Shown here: piece by piece, positions 9,267 through 21,200 of the stretch
Position numbering within the stretch: position 1 is the first letter of the stretch
Layout of the letters: each line of letters begins with the position of its first letter
Source of the DNA: Collodictyon triciliatum
Taxonomy: Eukaryota
Length of the DNA stretch: 33,652 nt
Assembly: GCA_043381765.1 (NCBI GenBank)
Contig: JBHJMP010000901.1
Location: 1-33,652 of the forward strand
Direction of reading: 5' to 3'
Made by a program: the position numbers and the translations under genes
Notes under the pieces: model-generated
Databases searched by the model: none
Told to the model about the DNA's origin: nothing
What the model saw: only the letters and a program-made list of their open reading frames with translations

Positions 9267-12200
9267 ATGGAAGAGAATCGAGCGCCTCGTATTACCCTAG
9301 AGGACCGACGGGTTCAATGGCTGCGGAAAGCGGTACTGGTCTTTAATCTATTTTATTATTATTCCCTTCGAGTTGTTGAAGGTCATAGACTTCTTTCGGT
9401 TTCTTTTATTTTTTCTCTTGTGACCTCATCTCTTTTAATTGCGACCACCGGGGAAAATTATTTTTATACATCATCGGACCTATTACTCTGTTTCCTTATC
9501 AAATCTACTCTAGGCTTGTAGCTTCCTCAACATCTATCCATACGCATTCGACGAGATGTTTAAACGTGGAGGAAATGGCCCAGCAAGCCCGATGGATGTT
9601 CTCTCTATGTTTCTTGACAACGCTTCCGCTATGACAATATTCTTCAGTGCCATTAAAGATGACGGTAACAGACATAATTATGTTACTAGAATCTGAATCC
9701 TACAAATCCTACGAATCCCAATTTTTTTTAAAATACCTCACCAAAAAATTAAAATAACGATAACAACCATGGTATGATTGCTATTTTTGATTGCCTTGAC
9801 ATTACTCTTGCATTTGCTAGCCAAGAAAGAGATTCTGAAACTGGAACAGGACATCCGCGCAGTCGAGGGTAACCAAAACTCGGATGACCATGCGCAAGGC
9901 GAAAACAGCGGGATGCGCCGTCGGAAGGTGAGTTTTCTGCGATTCTCGATATCCAAGCACAAAGTGCATCTATCTAATTAATCGTGTGGATTGGTTACTT
10001 TACAATTCCACCCATTAAATCAAACCGAATAATCCACCACAAAGGATGATACAATGGCACACGCTGTCATGCAGATACACACAATTCTTCCAGACAACAA
10101 TGGGCCCACAACGTATTTTATCCGTAACTTTGAAAATGCCATACCTAATGAAAGTAAGAACCCTTCATATTACAAAGTGATGCCAAACTTCTCTTTTACA
10201 ATTACATAGTTCTTTGTAATTATTTTGTTTGCCTATGGACTCATCAGACGATTGCAATCCATTCATGTAATTGGCACACTTACTCAATTTGTGCATGCTT
10301 AGTTGACCTATCACCGTACATTGAAGTTGGACTCTTCGTGGGCAACTACATCTCTATGCTAGAGCAGTCTATCACACATATTTATGGACCATTATTCAGT
10401 ACTTTGATGCAAAGAACTTCTGTGAGTCTTTCATTATTGCTAACAGGATAATAACCCGCTGTTCTTTTTTTTAAAAAAATAAAAATAAAAGACAAGTATA
10501 CATGAAATTTGCTTACATGAATATAAATAGGGTGACAGCCTAGACTCTGAGCCGAATATTTTGGAGCTGCATCTATCTGACACACTCAGAAACGAATTCT
10601 TATCCAGTACATATTAAATTTAGTTTCATTTACACGCTAAAGAATGCTCCAATCATGCACATTCGGCTTGAAGCACGGCATAAACTCATTCTTCTCAATA
10701 GATCTCCAAAAGTTTTCGTCTCACGTCACACATACAGTGCAACAAGTCAACGGAGATGTCAAGCTTAATATTCCGGAGATTATGATAACGAATCCTGCCA
10801 CCGCTGCGAAGGACTACGAGGTAATATGCAATGATATACAGGTGGATGACCATATAGGAGCCTAGTGTTCAATCTACGTACCCAAAACGATCAATCTTTT
10901 GGATTGTAGTAAAAATATTGAAGGTTTTGAACTACATGTATGTGATATATTAGATCGTCAGTGTTTTGGAGCAAGCGGGAGAAGAATGGACTGCATCGAT
11001 ATCTCAAGTCATTGAGCATCAATCCCACAATCTCTCCACAAAGAAGGTTACTTTGCCTTTCGCTCACCCAAATACTTCCGCATGCACCACCCTTGAGCTC
11101 ACATTAGTCGATTACACAACCTTTTACAGAAAGAAGCCGCAAGTAAATAAGCACTCATTAAACCGCCAATTACTTCATCTGATGGTTAGGGCCCCATGGC
11201 CGAAGTTGAGTACTGGAGAGCTCGTGCGTCAGCTTTCTCTACCATCTACGAACAATTAAACATGCCAAACGTTAAGATGATGATCAACACACTTAAAGCT
11301 GCAGACGCTGAAATGCTTACTGCCTATGAGCATCAGTACAAGGAACTGAGTAGTCACTATATGGTTGCCAAGGTATATACTTACATATCCGGGTTCCATC
11401 GCTTCTTCTGTATATATTTCGTGCAGAATCGCTGAGAAACGATAAAATATAGATAAAAGGCATTAATTCGATGGACTAATAATAAACAAACAAACAAAAA
11501 AAATAAAATTCAGGACAACGTCAAATTTCTGTCTACACTTGAGCGTCACTTCAAGAATCTATCGCAAGGTTCATTACTGACCATCCAAGATACACTGCCA
11601 TCCATGATGAATGCGATCAGAATGGTATGAAGCGAATGTTTCCTTCCAGCATAACTGATTCATATGAGGAATGATTTCGCTATTTTACGTATGCGGATTA
11701 ATAATTCTGATATATTTCATAGGTGTGGATTATATCGAGGCACTACAACAATGACGAGCGCATGGTCCCACTGATGGAACGCATAGCTCATGAAATTGCC
11801 TCCAAAGTTGCCTCTGTTATTACTCCTCTCAATGTAATTCTTCGAGCACCACCAGCTGAGGCCAAGCGAAAAATTAGCGAGGGGAAATCTGTCCTTGAAA
11901 AATGGAGAGAGGTCATTGAATTATTATTTTTTTAAACAAGGAGCTTATCATAACCTTTTCTATCATGATTCACAACAATATTCTGATACAACATCGAGAA
12001 AAGATAAATTCGTACTCAAACAATATGTTCTGGGTTATGAACTCGTGCAGACATACTTTGCCGTTCGCGAAAAAATTGAGCAAAGTGGGCGAGATGCCCG
12101 CTGGGAATTCGACAAGCGCAAGCTTTTTGAAAGGACAGATTATATGGCTGCTCGTTGTGCAGACCTTCTCGAAGTAACCCAAGTCCTGGAACAATTCTAC

Positions 12201-15200
12201 AATCTTCTTGGGCCAGAGTTGAAAGGTTTCTTTCAATTTATTTTCATTAAACTAAAATCTAGCAAATTGTGAGTATCCATTTTGCATAATTTTTTTTACA
12301 GTATGTCCGTTCAAGTAGTACCATATGTCTTCGTTTTTCATCTATAATCCAAGATCTTGAATTTTCATGCAGCCGTCACTGGAGATTCTCAGAGAATCGA
12401 CCAAGTATTGAGCAGAGTGGAAGGGCTAATTCTCCCAATCGAGTCCGTTCCCTTCGATATATTCGATAAACGATACCAAACAAGGTTTGAGTGGAAATAA
12501 TCTCGGCTTCATGTGCTGTACGACAATTTTATGCCCTTTGCTCATGATGTCGTCACTGTCGACGACATACTCAAAATATGTAACATACGTAGTATCTCAT
12601 ATTTGTTTGTTTTGATATCAACACCATTAATGATCTTTTAAAGAGAGAATCACCTCTAATCACTCTATGCTATCCTACCTAGCTGGGAGACTGTGATGAG
12701 CAAATTCCATGAGAATGTCGCTCAAATCGAAGACATGACAAAGCAGTTCATCGACGCATCCTTCAAGAAACTACGTTCGGCTGAGGGTGCTTTTGACCTT
12801 TTGCTTAAATTTAAAACATTGCAAAGCAGAACAGTCATCAACCAACAAATGATGCAAAAGTTTAGCGATATCCTCGCTCAATACTCCAAGGAACTGGATG
12901 CCGTCAAGTTTGTAGTGACAACCCTCGAAATATTTCGTCATTTTAACTTCATATGATCAACGAAGAAAAAAACCCCAATACATATGTCTTCCTTCTCTTT
13001 GCAGGGAGCTATTTGATTCGAACTACCAGAATCCCCCGTGTACCAGAAACCAGCCGCCGGTGGCTGGCGCAATCAACTGGTGCCGTTCACTTTTCCATAG
13101 AATCAAAAAGCCGATGCTCAGATTCATGACAGCTGATGGTATACTCTCTCTCTCTCTTGCTGGAAGTATTGATCATATATTCTATTTTATGTTTTGCAGA
13201 ATTCGTAATTGGATGCTACCCACATTATTGGTAGTGGTGTACGTTTTTATTAATCTATTGGTCTTTTTGTTGTTAGAAATGATGATGACTCCCGAAGGCA
13301 AGGCTGTACGTGCAAAATACATTCAAGTTGCTAGTGGCATGAGAGACTATGAAAATAAGGTAAACTGTTGGGATTCTTTTCTTTCAGACATTGCCTCTTA
13401 ATTGCTATACAGAAGCCTGTTTGCGATTACATCAAGCAAGTGCCAATGAACAAAATTTTATGCAGCTTTTCAATGAATGGCGTGAAACTGTCGACGCTAT
13501 CGCTATGGCACACCTCAAATCAAATATTCTGTCTGAGCTGAACGCAAAAGTATTTGTCAACTTCGATGAAAGTCTCACACGTCTTATCCGAGAAACAAAG
13601 TACTTGGACAGAATGGGGTAAGAATAATAATCAATTAATTTCTTTTTTATATTCTATTCCAGTTAACATTGCATGAACAAAAATACATCTCTTGCTCATC
13701 TCATCTATCCTCAGGCTGAATCCCATTCCCGAAATGGCTCTTAATGTGACACTTCAAGAAGAGAAGTACCATACAAACGTCGAAAACCTGAAGGTTTGTA
13801 CCTGTCTACACTTATTCGCTAGTCGTTGATGTTTTCACCGAAGGGTAAACATGTTGTCGATTCCTTTCATCACCGTTATATTTTTAGTCCATGTTGGCAA
13901 GTTATCACGGTGTTCTGGCTCTTCTTTCCAAACCCGAGGAAAGGCTCCTATCGGATCACATCAAGAAACTCAATCAATCTCTGGAGCCTGGAAAGAAGAC
14001 TCTGAATTGGAACTCCCTAGGAATTCCGCCCTTCATCGGAGATTGTAACAAGGTTGCCACAAAATTTTATTATTATTTCCTCTTACACTCACCCAAATAA
14101 TCATGCCTTTTTTATTCGATTCAAAGTACCCAAAAAATTAAAGCTAATATACATATGTTGTCTCAGTCAATAAATGAGTTTCAAACACTGGTGAATCAAG
14201 TTCAAAAGAACGCCTCAATTATCTCTGGAGTTATTGACCACATGAAAACGTCGACATTGGTAAGCCATGTCAATTACAGGAATCCATAAATCATTATTCG
14301 TCACTGATTTAATCGAGCGAAAGAAGAAAAAAAAAAGAAGACTAAGCTGAATGGCAATTCAGGTTCATGAACCTCCTAGCGAAGGTGTGGACATCTCCGA
14401 GATTCAAGACTTTTATGAATACATGGAGAAGACTCGCATTTCAACCCTCGATGTAAGTGATTGTGGCCTTTTCGTTTGATCCCTTCATGATTTATTTTAA
14501 ATCGATTAACATTTCGTACAAACTGTTTATTCAAACACTTAAATAAATAACATGTGATATGATATATGGCTTTATTTTCTCTAGACTCTCGTCAAAAAGT
14601 ACCGGACCATTGGGCCTTTGCTTGGTAAGATTGAAGAATTTGTTGCAGATACAAATACTGGAAAATCACCAAAATTGAGAGAATATTACAGTTTCTGGGA
14701 ACGCAAGATCTTCCATGCTTTAAACAGAGTAGGCGGAGCTTAACTGACTCTAAGATTTGAATCACATCCCTTTTTTCCTTTCCTTTCCTTTCCTTTCCTT
14801 TCCTTTCCTTTCCTTTCCTTTCCTTTCCTTTCCTTTCCTTTCCTTTCCTTTCCTTTCCTTTCCTTTCCTTTCCCTTCCATTTCTCAAACATTTTTTTTTT
14901 TTTGTACAACAGATGATTTTGGCTGGGATGACTTCGTTCCTCCACCTATTACGCTTTTCAAAAAGACCCGGACTGTCTGGCAAGCGCCCTTTGTTCAAAG
15001 TTGTTGTAAGCCTGAGCGCCCCTGAAATTATCGTCACTCCTCAATTCACGGATATTCATAAGGTATCACCGTTCTTTCGGCCACTATTAATCGGTCTCCA
15101 AAGTTTGGTGGTCCACACAAAGAAAGAAAAAAAACTTTGTATATATTATCCTCTGAAAACAAGGGCCCACAACCAGCTGGCATACCTACCTAATATGCAT

Positions 15201-18200
15201 ATCTTGTAGATCATCGGAAAGCTAGTCAAGAACACTGTTGAAAGTGCAAAACAATTTGTCCGCTGGATGGACGGAACATGTATCGAAACACCTCCCCAGT
15301 TTGTTACGGGTGACGACGAGGAACCTTACATGTTCACATTTTACTCCGATGTCAGTGCAAATCCACAGGTAAATACTCTTCTGTAGTATGCCCAGCGTGA
15401 GAAACATACCTGTGTTAATTTCCTAAAAAAAAAAAAAAATCTTCCCTCTGATTATAGTAAATTTGAATTGATCTCTACTTGACAGGTTGTTCGCACCATG
15501 CTTTTCCTCAACCAAAGCCTGCAAAAGACTTTCTCTACCATCAATAAATACTTGGAGGGATGGCGTAAATATAGACCTTTGTGGAAGAATGACAAAACAT
15601 CGACTCTGGATAAATTCACTCAAAAGACTCCTAACTGCGTGGCCTATGACGCGAAGCTTACCTTTTATAGCAAATTAGTCCAAGATGTCGATGCTCAGGT
15701 TTATTTCATTTGACTTCATTACTTCATTACTTAATGAACTTATTATCAAACCCGCTCCATTTTCTACGTAAAAATACATCAACCTTCATCCAAAATCAAA
15801 ACTAATGGAGGCAAAAAAGGTTCGCGAAAAAGACATCGATTTTGTTCGTCTTGACCTGGCGTCTCTTGTTGCATCCATCAAATCTGAAGCCTCTTCCTGG
15901 GTTGTGGCCATTGGAAAGCTTCTCACGGACTCTGCGTTTCCCAAACTTGTTGAGTTGCACCAACACTTCGATTCAGTTCTGACCGATATTTCGAAACACC
16001 CAGAGAACTTAACTGAGCTGAAGCATGTGCTGAATGTCATCGACCAACTTCAAGGCCAAGTTTGTTCGCCCATGACTGCATATAGCACTCTAACCAGTCC
16101 ACCTATCATCCACACTTGAACTTTAAAGACGCACAAGAATAGTACATCTACTAATCTGCGAACTGTTAAAAAACAAAAACAAACAATATTACTATTAGGC
16201 CTCTGACATTGAACTGAAGATTGCCGACATCGTGGAGAGATATCGAACACTAAAGCTATTCAAACTTACGATTCCAGAAAACCAGGTATCAAGAAAATGC
16301 AATGCCAATACCAATAATACCAATAATAATTGACCACTTTTCAGTAATCGCATCTTCCTTTCTCTTTCATGGTAACATGACCAAAATTTTATGAATTTGT
16401 TGCAAAGCTGTCTCTATCTGAGACCCTTGAAGACAAATGGGGTCGTCTTATTCTGTCAAGCAAGAAACTAGATGCCCAACTTGTCTCCATCAAGAGAAAA
16501 TTTACGGAGGTGAAAATAAAAAGCGCAAAACATGCCACATGCCGTTACTGATCTAATTATTACGTATCCCACATATATCCTAAAACAAACATACATATTA
16601 CACCCAAAGGTCACCAAAAAAGAAGTGGATGAGTTCCTCCAAATTACAGTGCTGTTCAGAAAGGAGTTTTCTGAAGCAGGCCCAGCGTCTGTAGAAGATG
16701 ACCTTGATAGGGTATGCCAGTCATCCCTCACAACCGCGGCACCATACGATGTATTTTGACCTTGGAACCTAATCAACAATCACTCAACTATAGGGAGTCG
16801 AACTTTGCAAGAAATTCAACACAGAACTAGGCAACCTCAATCAACGACGTGACGAGTTGGTTTTGGCTGAGAAACTCTTCAACATCCCAATCACAGACTT
16901 TTCAACCCTCCAGTCTGTTGAGCAAGAGTTGGCCGCCCTCGACAAAGTCTATGCTCTCTACGCCGAGCAGAAGGTTGCTAGATTGGTGTAAACCATTATG
17001 ATACCATTTGATATGAAAATTCACGCCATCCCAATTCATATTGCAACAATCTCTAATGTTATCATCTAATATGCTACTTCGCTTCAGGAAACCCTATCTA
17101 AATGGTCATCCATGCTTTGGGCCGATTTGGATATTCAAGTTCTGAATAAAGGAATCGAAGTTTTCACCTTGAGATTGAGGAAGCTTCCCAAGGAACTAAG
17201 GAGTTTGTCTCCGTACCAAGTCGTTGAGCAGAGAATCAACTCATTCAAAGGCAATCTTCAATCATCATAATATAATTTATAGATATTGATGACAATACGT
17301 ATCCACCAAGAACTGCTCGCTGTCCAATTGACACATGCAACTGCACCCACAGATTCCATCCCGCTGATGAGCGACCTCAAGAACGAAGCCCTGCGTGAGC
17401 GTCATTGGAAGAAACTTATGCAGGCCACAAACAAGTCATTTGACATGAATCCAAAGACCTTCACACTAGACAATCTGTTCGCCATGGAACTTCACAAGTT
17501 TGCCCTTATCATTTCGGAAATCACTAGTGGTGCTATGAAGGAATTGAACATCGAACAAGGCATTCAGGTTCTCGCTGAGACGTGGAGAAACAAAAAATTT
17601 GATATCAAGAGGTACTCAAAGGGAACCGAGGACCGCGGATTCATCTTGTGTGGTATCGACGATATCACCCAACTTCTTGACGACAATTTCATGAATCTCA
17701 TCACCATGTCCGCGTCACGGTTTGTGGCTCCTTTCCTTCCGCAGGTGCAGGAGTGGGAGAAGAGACTCTCTTTGATTGGAGAGGTTACTGAAATTTGGAT
17801 GCATGTCCAACGAAAGTGGATGTATCTCGAGAGCATTTTTGTTGGCTCTGATGACATCCGCCTCCAGCTCCCTGAAGAGGCGAAACGCTTTGATCGTGTC
17901 GACAAAGCATTCAAAAAGGTCATGGTGGAGACTGCAAAAAACACCCTTGTACTCGAGGCTTGCCATGCGGAAGGACGACTTCAACTCCTTCAAAATCTTG
18001 CAAGCGAACTTGACCTTTGTCAAAAGAGTCTTAGCGACTATCTGGAAACCAAAAGAAACTCCTTCCCGCGCTTCTTTTTCATCTCGGACGATGAACTGCT
18101 TAGCATTCTTGGCACACAAGATCCAAAGAATGTCCAAGAGCACATGATTAAGCTCTTTGACAATGTGCTGGGCCTCAAATTCGGCAGAAATGCCAAAACT

Positions 18201-21200
18201 GTGATTGGGATGTCGTCCACTGAAGATGAATACTGCGAGTTCCGAAACCCGGCGAGCTCTGAAGGCAATGTAGAGCACTGGATGTCTGGTGTTGAAGCTG
18301 AAATGCAAAAAACCATTCGCCAGATAACAAAGGAAGCCGTTTTCCACTATCCTAAAATCAAGCGTACAGATTGGATATTCCAATATCTAGCCATGGTTGT
18401 CTTGGTTGGCAGCCAAATCTGGTGGACTTGGGAGGTTGAAGATGTCTTTAACCAAGTCCGCGAAGGGAACAAACTGGCCATGAAGCAACTGTACACAAAG
18501 CTGTCCAAGCAAATCGACGATTTAGTGGAACAAGTCCGCGGAGATTTGACCAGCAACGACCGCAAGAAATACAACTCCCTCATCATCATTGATGTGCATG
18601 CTCGAGACGTCGTCGATCGCTTTGTCCGTGACAGTATACTAGATGCACGCGAATTTGAATGGGAAAGTCAGCTGCGTTTCTATTGGAACCGCACCCAGGA
18701 TGACATTATCGTGAACCAGTGCACTGGCACATTCTCCTTTGGCTATGAGTATATGGGAATCAACGGCAGACTGGTAATTACTCCTCTTACAGACCGTTGC
18801 ATTATGACCCTGACCCAGGCACTGTCCATGAAACTAGGAGGCTCTCCGGCAGGCCCAGCCGGAACCGGAAAGACTGAAACGGTCAAAGATCTGTCAAAGG
18901 CTCTAGCTCTTCTCTGTGTGGTTTTTAACTGCGGGGAGGGTCTCGACTACAAAGCCATGGGCCGAATCTTTTCCGGTCTGGTGCAGTCAGGCGGGTGGGG
19001 ATGTTTTGATGAATTTAATCGAATCGATGCAGAGGTGCTATCTGTCGTCTCCGTACAAATCAAGACCATCCAGATTGCCCTTCAACACGGATGGAAAAAG
19101 TTCCAATTTGAAGGCTCTGAAATCCCCTGCGACCCAAAGACAGGTATTTTCATTACTATGAACCCCGGCTATGCCGGACGCACCGAGCTACCAGACAATC
19201 TCAAAGCTCTCTTCCGTCCCGTTGTAATGGTTGTGCCAGATTTGGAGCTCATTTGTGAGATTATGTTATTCTCTGAGGGATTCAACACTGCTAAAGTACT
19301 TGCAAAGAAAATGACTGTTTTGTATAGACTGGCTCGAGAACAATTGTCGAAGCAGTACCACTACGACTTTGGCCTGCGTGCCCTCAAGTCTGTCCTGGTC
19401 ATGGCCGGTTCCCTGAAACGTGGCAGTCCAAATCTGCCCGAAGACGTGGTGCTTATGAGAGCTCTTCGCGACATGAATCTCCCAAAGTTTGTGTTTGAGG
19501 ACGTCCCCTTGTTCCTGGGCCTCATCAACGATCTTTTCCCTGGACTGTCATGCCCCCGCGTGCGGTATCCCCAGTTCCACGATGCAGTCGAGCAAAGCTT
19601 GAAAAAGAATGACTACCAACTTTTACCCGAACAAGTCGATAAGGTCATCCAACTTTATGAGACCATGCTGACCCGACACACAACCATGATAGTCGGCCCG
19701 ACAGGTGGAGGAAAAAGTGTGGTTCTAGAAACATTGGCGAAAGCCCAAACACACCTCGGCCTCCATACAAAGCTCTACGTGCTGAATCCAAAGGCGCAAC
19801 CTGTTTCCGAGCTGTACGGAGTTCTGGATCCAAACACTCGCGACTGGACCGATGGATTGCTGTCAAACATATTCAGAGAAATCAACAAGCCGACCGACCG
19901 CAAAGAGGCTCGTTACATCGTGTATGATGGAGATGTCGATGCTGTCTGGGTCGAAAATATGAACTCTGTCATGGATGACAACAGGCTCCTGACCTTACCC
20001 AATGGAGAGCGTATCCGTCTTCAGAAACATTGCGCCATGCTTTTCGAAGTGGCTGACCTTCAGTATGCATCTCCAGCCACCGTATCACGCTGTGGTATGG
20101 TTTACCTCGACCCAAAGAACCTCGGCTTCCGTCCGTTCTTTATCAAATACCTGACCACGCGCGCAAACTCTGTGGAACAGGAGATTCTCAAGAGTCTTTT
20201 CGACAAGTATGTCCCCAACTTGATATCATATGTCCTGGAGGGCGTGTCGGAAGGTGTGGTGACAAAGCGCCTAAAGTCCGTTATCCCCACACATGGTGTC
20301 AGTATGACGGCCCAGCTGTGTTCTCTATTGGACGCTATCATTCCGACTGATTCAACCACGAATGACCCGTCAGTTCTGGAGTCTGTTTTTGTTTATGCGC
20401 TTGTTTGGTCCATCGGTGCGCCGCTTCTTCAAGACGGGCGAGTCAAGTTCGACGCCCAGCTCAAGAAAATCAGCGACTTGATTATGATAGAAAATCCCAA
20501 CGTGTCTGTCGGCCCTGGGCAACTACCGACCTATCTCCCTACACTCTTTGAGTTCTACTTTGACATCAAACAAACAAAGTGGGTGCCATGGACCTCGCTT
20601 GTCACCTCCTTTGTCTCCCCACCAGACAAAAAGTTTTCATCCATTCTCGTGCCAACTGTAGACACTGTTCGCATCACATGGTTGCTCGAGTCTATGATTC
20701 GCGTCCGTCGTCCAATCCTGTTTGTTGGAGACTCAGGAACAGCAAAGACTGTGACTATTCAAAACTATCTCTCGCAAGCTGGTCACGAAGCGTTTGCCGT
20801 TTTGAACCTGAATTTCTCGTCCCGTACAAGCAGCCTTGACGTCCAGCGCACAGTTGAAGACAACGTTGAAAAGAGAACAAAGGACACATATGGCCCACCA
20901 CCGGGAAAGAGACTTTTGGTGTTTGTTGACGATGTGAACATGCCCCTTGTGGATACATATGGAACCCAGCAACCCATAGCTCTTTTGAAGCTCATCATCG
21001 AAAGAGGCGGGCTGTATGACCGAGGAAAAGACCTTAACTGGAAGTATATTCGCGACTTACAATTCATATCAGCCATGGCACCTCCCGGTGGAGGACGCAG
21101 TGCCGTCGACCCTCGCTTTGTGTCGCTGTTCTCTCTGATCAATGTCACATTCCCAAGCGACGAATCTCTTACTCGCATCTATGAGTCCATCCTCTCTGCG

